Source: an uncultured Pseudoalteromonadaceae bacterium (GTDB lineage: Bacteria; Pseudomonadota; Gammaproteobacteria; Enterobacterales; Alteromonadaceae). From it: DNA of 64,000 nucleotides. The translations under genes were made by a program, and so were the position numbers. This document shows, one piece after another, positions 9,025-17,425 of the stretch. Positions within the stretch are counted from its first letter, which is position 1. Each line of letters starts with the position of its first letter. The DNA is taken from NCBI GenBank assembly GCA_964640795.1, contig CAZXIN010000003.1:60262-124261 (forward strand). The letters are read 5' to 3'. A model generated the notes under the pieces. That model was given only the letters and a program-made list of their open reading frames with translations. It had not been told where the DNA came from and did not search any database.

Positions 9025-10317
9025 TTAACTATTAAATGCTTTTTCGAGCAATGAAAACGGTAAATCTCCTATCAACAAGAGCTTTTCATGGTGCTTTTTC
9101 AACTGAGCAGGGGTATTGATGTTGTTGTCGTTTTTAAGCTTAAGTAGTGCACTCGCGCCGTACTTGTAGGTAATAACTTGAGCTGGCCAACGCTTCATTC
9201 TGGCGATTTCTCTGCGGGCAATGTCATCTTTTCCTTGGATATATTGTTGCCAATATTGTATTGCCTTTTCGTCACTCCAAGCGTAATAGTTAAGGCCGAC
9301 ATCTAACACAATGCGCACGGAGCGCACGATATCCCACTCCCATTTGCCCAGTTCGTCATAAGCATTGTCATAGAAACCGCATTCATTACCTAGTTCTTCG
9401 ACATAAGCTGCCCAACCTTCTCTATATCCTGAGTAATTGAAAAGTTGCTGCGCCTTGCTCTCTGGTAATAATGATTCCAAAGTGAGCTGATAATGGTGTC
9501 CGGGAATAGCTTCGTGTAAATAAAGCCATGCGATTTGTCGAATGTTATACGGCTCATCAAAATAATTGTAGGAGAATTGGTTGTTTCTATAGTAACCCGG
9601 TGTTTGGGCCAGATTGCGATTGGTGCCTGCCGCGATAGGAATATCTGGAATTTTGTCAATAAAAGGGAAGCACTGACTAACTTGTTCGCTAATGTGTTGT
9701 TTTTCATCGATAAAAGCTGCATGCACCGCATCTATATCATTTAAAAAGAAACGTGACTGATTTAAGCTTTGATTGTCTTTTCCTAGAGAGTTTTTCACGT
9801 TCTGTTCTGCTTTTAGTATTCGCTGATGAACACGTGTTACTTCAGCTTCACCAAATACCATCATTTGCTCAGGTGTGGCTGCGATATCAACCCAACGCTT
9901 TAAATAATATTGATACCAAGATTTACCATAGGTTGTATGGCTTAAGCTTTCTTCTGACAATACACGCTCAGAGGTTTTCAACCATTTTTTTTCGAGTGTG
10001 ATGCGCTCTAGGTTAAGAGAAATCTCATATTGAAGCAGATCGAAATCGCGTTTTTGCAATTTAGGTAAATCACTATAACTAATCGTCGTTAGCTGATCCT
10101 GTATGCTCTCTAAAGTTCTTTGTTGTGTGTTGAGCTGTTGAGAAGATTTAATGGACTTAATGTTATCGACATAGCTGAGCTGTATTGTTGGCAGTTGCAG
10201 TGCTTGGACATTATTTAATAAGGTGTTTAATTTTTGCCCACTTTCTGCTTCATTACCGTAAGCTGTTGAGAGCATCATGGTCACAGTGCAAGACCAATAA
10301 ATTATTCGTTTAATCAT
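9025..10317 (-). CDS. Exported DUF885 family protein (putative metallopeptidase)
   Basis: Signal peptide; LHEAIPGHHYQ, YREGWAAYVEE, RSVRIVLDVGL, EIARMKRWPAQVITYKYG motifs. Confidence 0.85.
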   Translation of the reverse strand: MIKRIIYWSCTVTMMLSTAYGNEAESGQKLNTLLNNVQALQLPTIQLSYVDNIKSIKSSQQLNTQQRTLESIQDQLTTISYSDLPKLQKRDFDLLQYEISLNLERITLEKKWLKTSERVLSEESLSHTTYGKSWYQYYLKRWVDIAATPEQMMVFGEAEVTRVHQRILKAEQNVKNSLGKDNQSLNQSRFFLNDIDAVHAAFIDEKQHISEQVSQCFPFIDKIPDIPIAAGTNRNLAQTPGYYRNNQFSYNYFDEPYNIRQIAWLYLHEAIPGHHYQLTLESLLPESKAQQLFNYSGYREGWAAYVEELGNECGFYDNAYDELGKWEWDIVRSVRIVLDVGLNYYAWSDEKAIQYWQQYIQGKDDIARREIARMKRWPAQVITYKYGASALLKLKNDNNINTPAQLKKHHEKLLLIGDLPFSLLEKAFNS

Positions 10318-10414
10318 GGCGCTTTTTCACAAGGTTGGTGTCTATATGATTCGACCATGGCTTGACCTTATCAACAACTTAAAGATGTAAGGTGATATGA
10401 ATGGTGACTTGTAT

Positions 10415-10679
10415 TATACCCATACCACCTCAAAATGCGCGTTTCAGAACGATTAGGGTACACCAATTCAAGGCGCGTCAATGACGGAATGTTCATGACC
10501 TTTTGAATTGGCGCAACGACGAAGTGGGGTGCCCTAGCCGTTTCCTTTGGACGGGTTTTAAAGCAAGTTATCCTGCTTTAGATATTCTTGACTTAGATGA
10601 CTAAGCCTGCACATATCCGCCTTGACTAACGTGCTTTAAAGTCCCGCTGAAACGTGCATTTTGAGGTGGCATGGGTATA
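10415..10679. mobile_element. 265-bp non-autonomous MITE/ERIC-like element with TATACCC...GGGTATA ends
   Basis: 33-bp terminal inverted repeats (10415-10447 vs 10647-10679, 31/33 match), TA at both ends, two internal imperfect hairpins, no ORF. Confidence 0.85.
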
Positions 10680-10709
10680 TACCAATCACCTCATTAGATA
10701 GATTGCTAT
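10679..10709. repeat. Short ATACCAATC...GATTGCTAT hairpin (collapsed repeat) abutting the 265-bp element
   Basis: 9-bp inverted repeat with 1 mismatch; shares the TA with the element and touches the AraC stop codon. Confidence 0.45.
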
Positions 10710-11605
10710 TACATCAATCGCTGTTTTTCTATACGTCGATAATGCAGTGGTGATTGATTCGTTGCTCTTTTGAATGAACGACTAAAGTACGAACTGTTTT
10801 TGAAACCAAGGTGTTGCGATATAACACCGACGTCTTGGTCTGTGTGAACTAACAAACGACGTGCTTCAGAGGTAACACGTGAGTGAATCAATTGACTTGC
10901 TTTCGTACCTAAGTGTTTTTGACAGAGGAAATTTAGGTGCCCTGGCGTCAGGTTTAATAGGTCAGCGTATTCAGCGACGCTTTGTGTCGTCTTAAAGTGC
11001 TGTTCTATTAATTGTCTAAAGCGAGAGATCGTCTGATGAGAAACATGATCGAGCTTCTGGCCATTCTGTAATGCATACCAACGATTAATTTTAACGAGAA
11101 CCTCATAAGCAATTGCGCGCAAAAGGTGGGGGCTGTCGTCACTCAGATCGTGTATCTCATCACGCATGGCGTTGAAACGCTCTTTTAAGTATTGCTGTTG
11201 TTCTGCAGTGACAGTTAAAGACAAGGGGCCTGATCCTGTATGAAAGTAACGTAATCTGTGCAGAAATAAGGCGTCGTTGAAATGTTCCAATAAAAACTCA
11301 GACGGAAAAAATAAGCACAGGCCATCTAAGTCGTCGGCAAACCAGCGCCTTACTTGTCCTGGTGACGTAAAAAATAATGTGTTAGGTAAAATAGTATGTT
11401 GTTCGTTATCCAGCCAAAAGTCACCTGTTCCATGGGAAATAAGCGTAATGTCATAGAAGCTTAGCCGATATGGCTGCATCGATTTTTCAAATGTTGGCAT
11501 TTCATGTATCCAAGCGACATCAATCAGTAATTCAGGCCCGTATTTTTGTTTTGAAAACTCGATGTTTTTAACATCGTTTATGACGGAGGTTTGTTTAATA
11601 CTCAT
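10709..11605 (-). CDS. AraC family transcriptional regulator (cupin + HTH)
   Basis: N-terminal cupin (FYDITLISHGTG), C-terminal SVAEYADLLNLTPGHLN...LGFKNSSYFSRSFKR. Confidence 0.92.
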   Translation of the reverse strand: MSIKQTSVINDVKNIEFSKQKYGPELLIDVAWIHEMPTFEKSMQPYRLSFYDITLISHGTGDFWLDNEQHTILPNTLFFTSPGQVRRWFADDLDGLCLFFPSEFLLEHFNDALFLHRLRYFHTGSGPLSLTVTAEQQQYLKERFNAMRDEIHDLSDDSPHLLRAIAYEVLVKINRWYALQNGQKLDHVSHQTISRFRQLIEQHFKTTQSVAEYADLLNLTPGHLNFLCQKHLGTKASQLIHSRVTSEARRLLVHTDQDVGVISQHLGFKNSSYFSRSFKRATNQSPLHYRRIEKQRLM

Positions 11606-11793
11606 AAACTGGCTTTTCCCTTACGTTGAATTTATGGATATAACGTGTTCTCAGGCAGTATCACTCATTTATCATTAATTTTTACAATTATAAATACCTC
11701 ATCATTGAAAAGTACCGAAAGTGGCTTGTTTGTGGCATATCAAGCACCGCAGTTCGCATCTAGAATAAGTGCCTTGGTTGGAATTTTGGGACG

Positions 11794-12936
11794 GTGATTA
11801 TGTCGATGTTTAAAGTGCTCTTATTGTTAGTTCAATTTATTGGGTTGCTCATGCTTTCTTCCATGAGTATTGCGCTGCAAGTTGTTGAAGTAGATGATCC
11901 AAACTGGGTGTTTGATGATAAAGGAGTCAGTCTTGAAAAGGTTGCTGGGCGTCAAGCTATCAAGATTAAATCAGGAAAAGCCGTTTTAAACGATATTTTA
12001 TTGGAAGATGGGATCATTGAATATGATATGTACCTTTCCGGTGAGCGCGCTTTTAGCTATTTGTATTTTCGTTATGAATCTAACGATGAGCACGAAGAAA
12101 TTTACTTCAGAAGTCACAAGAGTAATGCGCCTGATGCGGTGCAGTATTCACCTGTTTTTCAGCGACGTTCGGCTTGGCAAATCTATCATGGTGATAAAGG
12201 CACTGCGCCAGTAACATTGCCACCTAAAACGTGGATCAAAGTCAAAATTGAACTGATTGGGCAAACAATGAAGTTATGGGTGGGAGATAATCCAGAAGTG
12301 GTACTCACGATTAACCACTTGGGGCGGAAGGCTCAATCAGGAGCATTGGCTTTTCGAGGCTTTGTGCCTAGAAATAGCCCCGCAGAATACAGTGCTTATT
12401 TCAGTAACTTAAAAATCACCAAAAGAACGGCTGCTAAGACTGACGTTAACCCTGATGTATCTTTACCTTTAGGGCAGATTACAACGTGGCGTGTTTCACC
12501 TGCATTCGATAGCGCGAAAGGGCCTGTGGTTCAGTTGCCAGAGTTACCTGATAGCAGTAAGTGGACAACGCCCACTATGCAGCCAGATGGTAGTTTTGAG
12601 TTTTTACGATCGCGAAAGATACCAGATAAATCTGGGCACTGGGCAACGGCTGCAGACGTAACCCTTCGTTCTGAACAACCTCAAAATTGCGAGTTACACC
12701 TTGGGTTTAGCGATGAAATAACGCTGTCGGTAAATGGAACCCCCGTGTTATATCAGGATGCTAGTTATAGATACGGTGATAGGCGGCAAGAAGGGTTGAT
12801 GCATCCAGATCAAGTTGTTGCCTATATTCAGTTGGCTAAAGGTGATAATCATGTTCGAGCTGTGATTGCAGATCGATTTGGTGGATGGGGGTTAAGCGCT
12901 CGTCTTGAAAAATGTACTGGTGTAGAGCAGCGCTAA
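11794..12936 (+). CDS. Exported protein with DUF1080/concanavalin-like N-domain and beta-sandwich C-domain
   Basis: Signal peptide; LEDGIIEYDM...EEIYFR...DAVQYSPV...WQIYHG...WIKVKIEL pattern. Confidence 0.65.
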   Translation: MIMSMFKVLLLLVQFIGLLMLSSMSIALQVVEVDDPNWVFDDKGVSLEKVAGRQAIKIKSGKAVLNDILLEDGIIEYDMYLSGERAFSYLYFRYESNDEHEEIYFRSHKSNAPDAVQYSPVFQRRSAWQIYHGDKGTAPVTLPPKTWIKVKIELIGQTMKLWVGDNPEVVLTINHLGRKAQSGALAFRGFVPRNSPAEYSAYFSNLKITKRTAAKTDVNPDVSLPLGQITTWRVSPAFDSAKGPVVQLPELPDSSKWTTPTMQPDGSFEFLRSRKIPDKSGHWATAADVTLRSEQPQNCELHLGFSDEITLSVNGTPVLYQDASYRYGDRRQEGLMHPDQVVAYIQLAKGDNHVRAVIADRFGGWGLSARLEKCTGVEQR

Positions 12937-12997
12937 GCCTTCAAATGCTAATTGAATGCACTGGAACAGGGCATTTGTTGCACAAAATAAACGAACC

Positions 12998-13411
12998 CTA
13001 GTGCGCTAGAGCCTGATCAGGGGCTTTTAAAGTACTTGCCATATACGCTAGCATGGATGCTGCGCATAAGACTAACAAGCAAAATAGAATGGAGTTTCCA
13101 ATTATCGCGTGCAATAAGACTGACGTTGTGGCGATTGTTACCATCATAGTCGCCGCCACAAAAATGAAATTGGGCTTAAACAGTAAAAGTGCTGCTGTTA
13201 ATTTAAGGCTGCCAACCACAATCATGCCAAGGAAGTTTGACTCAATGGTAGCAAGTACCGAATACTGCGGAGGGTAACCTAATAAAGTTTGACTGCCGCA
13301 GACAGCAAAAACAACAAACAAAGATAACCTTAATACAGCATAGACTCCGTCTGATAGGAGCCGTTTCTTCTCTATGTACTCTTTTCGCTTTTCTTTGAAG
13401 GTACTCAACAT
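12998..13411 (-). CDS. Small membrane protein (DoxX-like)
   Basis: Four hydrophobic segments; LRLSLFVVF...GSLKLTAALLLF resembles DoxX. Confidence 0.55.
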   Translation of the reverse strand: MLSTFKEKRKEYIEKKRLLSDGVYAVLRLSLFVVFAVCGSQTLLGYPPQYSVLATIESNFLGMIVVGSLKLTAALLLFKPNFIFVAATMMVTIATTSVLLHAIIGNSILFCLLVLCAASMLAYMASTLKAPDQALAH

Positions 13412-13843
13412 AACGTTTCCCTTTTATATAGATTGATATGTTGGTGGTGTTCAGCTTATCTATAAGAACTCGACCGATCGTAGCAATCCTATTAATCATA
13501 TGAATGAGTAAGCATTTTATAGGCCAACAGTAACAATAAAGTGATTGGTTGATCTCGATGCCTTTAGTGTTAGCTTGGTTAAAATGAATGATATATCTCA
13601 GTCGTATTACTTATGTCTTTGACTTATATGCGCTTTGATTAAGAAAGTACTGTCCTTTGTTGTAGTCGACGATCTTATTTTTTTAACGCTCTTTAAGCTC
13701 AGAATGTATTCTGAAATGTAAACCTCTTGGTTGGTGATGCCATTCTCTTTCTGAGTTGTAAAAAAATATGACAGGTGTGCCGATTCAAAACTCAGATTGA
13801 CGAGATATCGGCTAAACAAACGCTAACGGCGATTTCGTGCGTA

Positions 13844-13883
13844 ATACCAATCATAGTGATCAGTTCTCACTAGGGGTTGGTAT
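13844..13883. repeat. 40-bp ATACCAA...TTGGTAT hairpin (collapsed MITE-like remnant)
   Basis: ATACCAATCATAGTGA / TCACTAGGGGTTGGTAT arms; same ATACCAATCA start as 10679. Confidence 0.55.
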
Positions 13884-13922
13884 AATGTATTCTGAAACAA
13901 TAATAAAAACGAGAAAGGCATA

Positions 13923-14216
13923 ATGGAAAAGCTATTCGTCAGCTTATTTGCATTGATTTGTGCTTGCGACTTAGTCTTAAAAATTGAGCAAGTGACTGTA
14001 GCGGCTGCCAACAGCGAACCAAATATGAGGCTTCCTAAGGGAGGTTGGCTCGAGACTCAACCAACAACTGTCCTCAAAAAGTGGCTGAGTGATGTTTTAA
14101 TTATGCAGCCGAGAAGTGATATGAGCATGCTACTGCAACTTCGCACTTTCGTTTGGCACGTTATGAAGTGTTTGATGAAGAGGTTTGATGTGCGCGTGAC
14201 CAAATTGGCGTTGTAA
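13923..14216 (+). CDS. Possible small exported/lipoprotein ORF, hypothetical
   Basis: RBS-like GAAAGG before ATG, hydrophobic N-terminus ending in ALICAC, stop 3 bp before the next start; no recognisable family. Confidence 0.3.
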   Translation: MEKLFVSLFALICACDLVLKIEQVTVAAANSEPNMRLPKGGWLETQPTTVLKKWLSDVLIMQPRSDMSMLLQLRTFVWHVMKCLMKRFDVRVTKLAL

Positions 14217-14219
14217 CAC

Positions 14220-15257
14220 GTGCCCTTGTTGTTACTAAACTGGGTTAACCTGGTACAAGTTAGCGCATTGACGCTGCTGGTTTTTGGCTTGTATTTGCTT
14301 AAAGGCTATAAGCATTATCGATTGGTGCAGGCGTTCTTTGTGTTTGTGCTGGCTCTGGTTGTCGCCAATATTGCTGAAGAAGTGTTCAATACGCGCCAAT
14401 GGTATCTCGTTTCGCCTATATTTGTGGTGGGCTATGGGCCTATGCTTTATCTCGTTGCTCGTTCTCTAGTGCATCAAAGTATCAATAGGAAAGGGATATA
14501 TCACTTTTTACCTATGTTTGCGTCACTCTTCTTTACTCAGCATCCGCAATGGGTTATTGGCTTCGGTACTATACTGCAAGCGATCTATGCTGCGATGACT
14601 TTTCTGTTGGTGCTGAATTTTAATAAAGAACTCTTGAGCAAGAGGTCAGATTCCGAAGACCTGTCGCTGACATGGTTTGCTTGGTTGTTTGGTGTTTCCA
14701 CTATGGTACATGTTTTCGACTTAGTGAGACTTAATATTCAGCCGTTTATTGATCTTGATACTAATCTGTTAGGGCAACTGCTTAGTACTATCATTGGTGT
14801 TGTCGTTATGGCTGTCATGTTGAAAAAATTACTTCAATATAACGAGGGGATTTTATCACTAATTGAGCAGAATGAGATCGATGAGGTTTCTGGCACCGAT
14901 GATTCAAAAGGTGATGACTTTCTGTCTATCTTCGAACATCTTGACACCGATATAAAGTTAAAAGGTCTTTACCGGCAACCGCGTTTAAGCTTGACTGATT
15001 TGTCTAATCAAACTGGATTGCAGTCTCGAGATATCTCCAGAGCGATTAACCTGCATAGTGGATTAAACTTTAATGACTACATTAACCAGTTTCGTGTTGA
15101 GGATGTCAAACGCGCAATTTTATCGGCACCCAATGCTTCTCTGCTAGAGTTGGCATTAGTTGTAGGATTTAATTCCAAAACCAGCTTCAACCAAACCTTC
15201 AAGAGGTTAACTGGTGAAACACCTAGCGCATTCAAAAAGCGCCATATCAAGACTTAG
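14220..15257 (+). CDS. Membrane-embedded AraC-family regulator (multi-TM N-terminus + C-terminal HTH)
   Basis: About six hydrophobic helices, then LYRQPRLSLTDLS...NFNDYINQFRVE...VGFNSKTSFNQTFKRLTGETPSAFKK. Confidence 0.9.
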   Translation: MPLLLLNWVNLVQVSALTLLVFGLYLLKGYKHYRLVQAFFVFVLALVVANIAEEVFNTRQWYLVSPIFVVGYGPMLYLVARSLVHQSINRKGIYHFLPMFASLFFTQHPQWVIGFGTILQAIYAAMTFLLVLNFNKELLSKRSDSEDLSLTWFAWLFGVSTMVHVFDLVRLNIQPFIDLDTNLLGQLLSTIIGVVVMAVMLKKLLQYNEGILSLIEQNEIDEVSGTDDSKGDDFLSIFEHLDTDIKLKGLYRQPRLSLTDLSNQTGLQSRDISRAINLHSGLNFNDYINQFRVEDVKRAILSAPNASLLELALVVGFNSKTSFNQTFKRLTGETPSAFKKRHIKT

Positions 15258-15259
15258 AG

Positions 15260-15283
15260 CGTTCTAAATCATGATTTAGAACG
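15260..15283. promoter_or_regulatory. Perfect 24-bp palindrome CGTTCTAAATCATGATTTAGAACG, candidate operator
   Basis: Exact self-complementary sequence 2 bp after the AraC stop and 52 bp before the amidohydrolase ORF; no poly-U tract on the plus strand. Confidence 0.65.
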
Positions 15284-15335
15284 AATAAAAAAGCGAACTC
15301 GATAGGCTGTCCGTCAATGATTTTTACAGGATGAC

Positions 15336-16703
15336 TTGATGCCTACTTTTATACGTCTTGCTTTTAGCTTTATCGTGCTAGTGACTCTTGGTTGCAATAC
15401 GGTTGCTCCAGAATCAAACCATGACCTTGTATTAACAAACGTTAATGTCGTTGATCCACTCAATAAAACCATTATCCCAAATCAAAAAATATGGATGAGT
15501 GACGGTGTTATAAAAACAATCAGTCCGGCCAGTGACTTAGTTGAATCAACCAAGGTGAATACGATTGATGGACAGGGTGGTTTTGTGACGCCAGGCTTAA
15601 TTGATATGCACACGCATATATACGATAGAGCTGCACCTGCGATTGCCCTCTCACATGGTGTAGTGCATATGCGTGTGTTAAATGGCATGCCGCAGCTTTT
15701 ACAATGGCGAGAAGCCTTGAATAAGGGCGAATTGTGGGGAAGTACATTGAGTGTCAGTAGTCCCATAGTGACTGGGAATCCAGATGACGCTCTTAGAACT
15801 TACATTGAAACAACCGCTGATGCCCATGATGCTGTCGAAGATGCACTTGAGGCGGGATATGATTTGATTAAGGTATACAATAGCCTATCCCTTGAGTTAC
15901 ATGACGCAGTTATCACTCGGGCCAATGAGCTCAATATGCCGATAGCTCAGCACGGTCCGCATCCGCCAACAGGGATGCCGTGGGAACGACTCAAAGGAAT
16001 ACAATCACTTGAGCATGTAGAAGACATATTTCAAGGGCCTTTAGTGTTTAAACAGGATGCAGAAAAGTTAGAAAAAACGCTAACTAAACTAAAAGCACTT
16101 GAAGTGCCTATTGTCCCAACCTTGAGTGTTTTTGAACAACTGACGCGGATAAGCACGGAAAAAGAGGTATTTCTCAATACATTACCGACTGATTATACGC
16201 CGCCCATTGTTCGTTATGTCGAGAAAACAGGGCAAGTTAAACGTTGGTTAGATGCGTCAGAGGCAAGAGCAGATTTCAATCGCCAAGAGCTGGAATATTT
16301 GATCCACATAACGCGCGAAATTCATGATAAAAGCATGCCCATATTAGTTGGTTCAGATTCTGGCGTTTTAATGTTGCCCTATGGTTTGGGCACACATTCT
16401 GAAATGGCGCTATTGTTAAGGGCTGGACTATCTAGCTTTGAGGTGATTCAAGCTGCAACCGTTAGTCCGGCTAAGGTGCTTGGGCTTGATTCTGAATTAG
16501 GGCAAATTAAACGTAACGCAAGAGCTGATTTTATCTACACTCGAAGCAATCCAACACAGGATTTAACTGTACTGAGAGAGCCTGATGCAGTGGTTAAAAA
16601 AGGCCGATGGTATAGTGCGGAGTCGTTAATTGCACACAGAGAGAATGCGATTAGAAAAAGAAGTTTGTTTAAGGAGTTATGGTTGTTGTTGAGTAATTTA
16701 TAG
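15336..16703 (+). CDS. Amidohydrolase family lipoprotein
   Basis: Lipobox VTLGC; TPGLIDMHTH, DLIKVY, IAQHG, SLEH, VGSDSG, AATVSPAKVLG, ADFI motifs. Confidence 0.9.
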   Translation: MMPTFIRLAFSFIVLVTLGCNTVAPESNHDLVLTNVNVVDPLNKTIIPNQKIWMSDGVIKTISPASDLVESTKVNTIDGQGGFVTPGLIDMHTHIYDRAAPAIALSHGVVHMRVLNGMPQLLQWREALNKGELWGSTLSVSSPIVTGNPDDALRTYIETTADAHDAVEDALEAGYDLIKVYNSLSLELHDAVITRANELNMPIAQHGPHPPTGMPWERLKGIQSLEHVEDIFQGPLVFKQDAEKLEKTLTKLKALEVPIVPTLSVFEQLTRISTEKEVFLNTLPTDYTPPIVRYVEKTGQVKRWLDASEARADFNRQELEYLIHITREIHDKSMPILVGSDSGVLMLPYGLGTHSEMALLLRAGLSSFEVIQAATVSPAKVLGLDSELGQIKRNARADFIYTRSNPTQDLTVLREPDAVVKKGRWYSAESLIAHRENAIRKRSLFKELWLLLSNL

Positions 16704-16792
16704 CTGAATCAGTCTATATTGATTCGCATTGGAATAGGTTTATCTGCACTCTAAGTAGAGAGGTGTTAATTAGCGTAAACCCAAGTATGACC

Positions 16793-16820
16793 TTTAGTGG
16801 CTGCGGCCACTAAATTTTTT
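16793..16820 (+). terminator. Rho-independent terminator
   Basis: TTTAGTGGC-TGCG-GCCACTAAA followed by TTTTTT, downstream of the amidohydrolase. Confidence 0.75.
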
Positions 16821-16846
16821 GTCGACTTTGAAGTGATGAGTATGCC

Positions 16847-17269
16847 TTAACCGAATAGGTTATGGACATTATCTCTAGGCCTTGGTCTATGAGGCTCTAT
16901 AGAGTGAATAGGCAGCTTAGCATCATCATACTGATGAATATTGACTATCCATGGCTCCCCATCTTTGAAAATTGCATAGACCCTATCAACATCGACAAAA
17001 CAGATTAAAAATAGTGGACTAGCATGATTCACATATTGCCATTCATATTCATCTGTTTGACGAAAAGCATTATCTCCATGGAAACAAGCAGCATACACAT
17101 AGTCGGTTTTAGACTCAGATAGAGCGGTTTCATAATCAATAAAGCCACCCCATTGTATGGATTTATAGTCATACTCATTCTGTACCACATCCACACAGCG
17201 ACCACACGCATAACTGCCAACAACAACCGCTAAAGCTTCGTGTTTGAGTTTTAATTCATATTTCTTCAT
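16847..17269 (-). CDS. Hypothetical protein
   Basis: 140-aa ORF filling an intergenic gap with plausible composition; no motif recognised. Confidence 0.6.
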   Translation of the reverse strand: MKKYELKLKHEALAVVVGSYACGRCVDVVQNEYDYKSIQWGGFIDYETALSESKTDYVYAACFHGDNAFRQTDEYEWQYVNHASPLFLICFVDVDRVYAIFKDGEPWIVNIHQYDDAKLPIHSIEPHRPRPRDNVHNLFG

Positions 17270-17425
17270 GCTGTATAAATTTACAGTATTTTGTCTGGAA
17301 ACTCAAATTTTTACCAAACCACTCAAATTCAAAAGTATAAAGATTAGCGTAATACGCTCTAGCGTTTTCTATATCAGAATCAAGAGAAGTTGTTTTCTAC
17401 CAATGCTTAAAACATGAAAGTAAGC

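Noticed and set aside
13420-13840. About 400 bp of AT-rich DNA with 62-85 aa ORFs, possible pseudogene
   Set aside because: No frame gave a recognisable protein fragment, so a pseudogene call is not supportable.
16770-16815. Tiny ORF MTFSGCGH after an AGAGG, or a possible sRNA ending at the terminator
   Set aside because: The ORF is contained in the terminator hairpin and there is no independent promoter evidence.
17344-17362. TTAGCGTAATACGCTCTAG resembling a fully collapsed CTAGAGC element
   Set aside because: Only 9-10 matching bases; compatible with chance.
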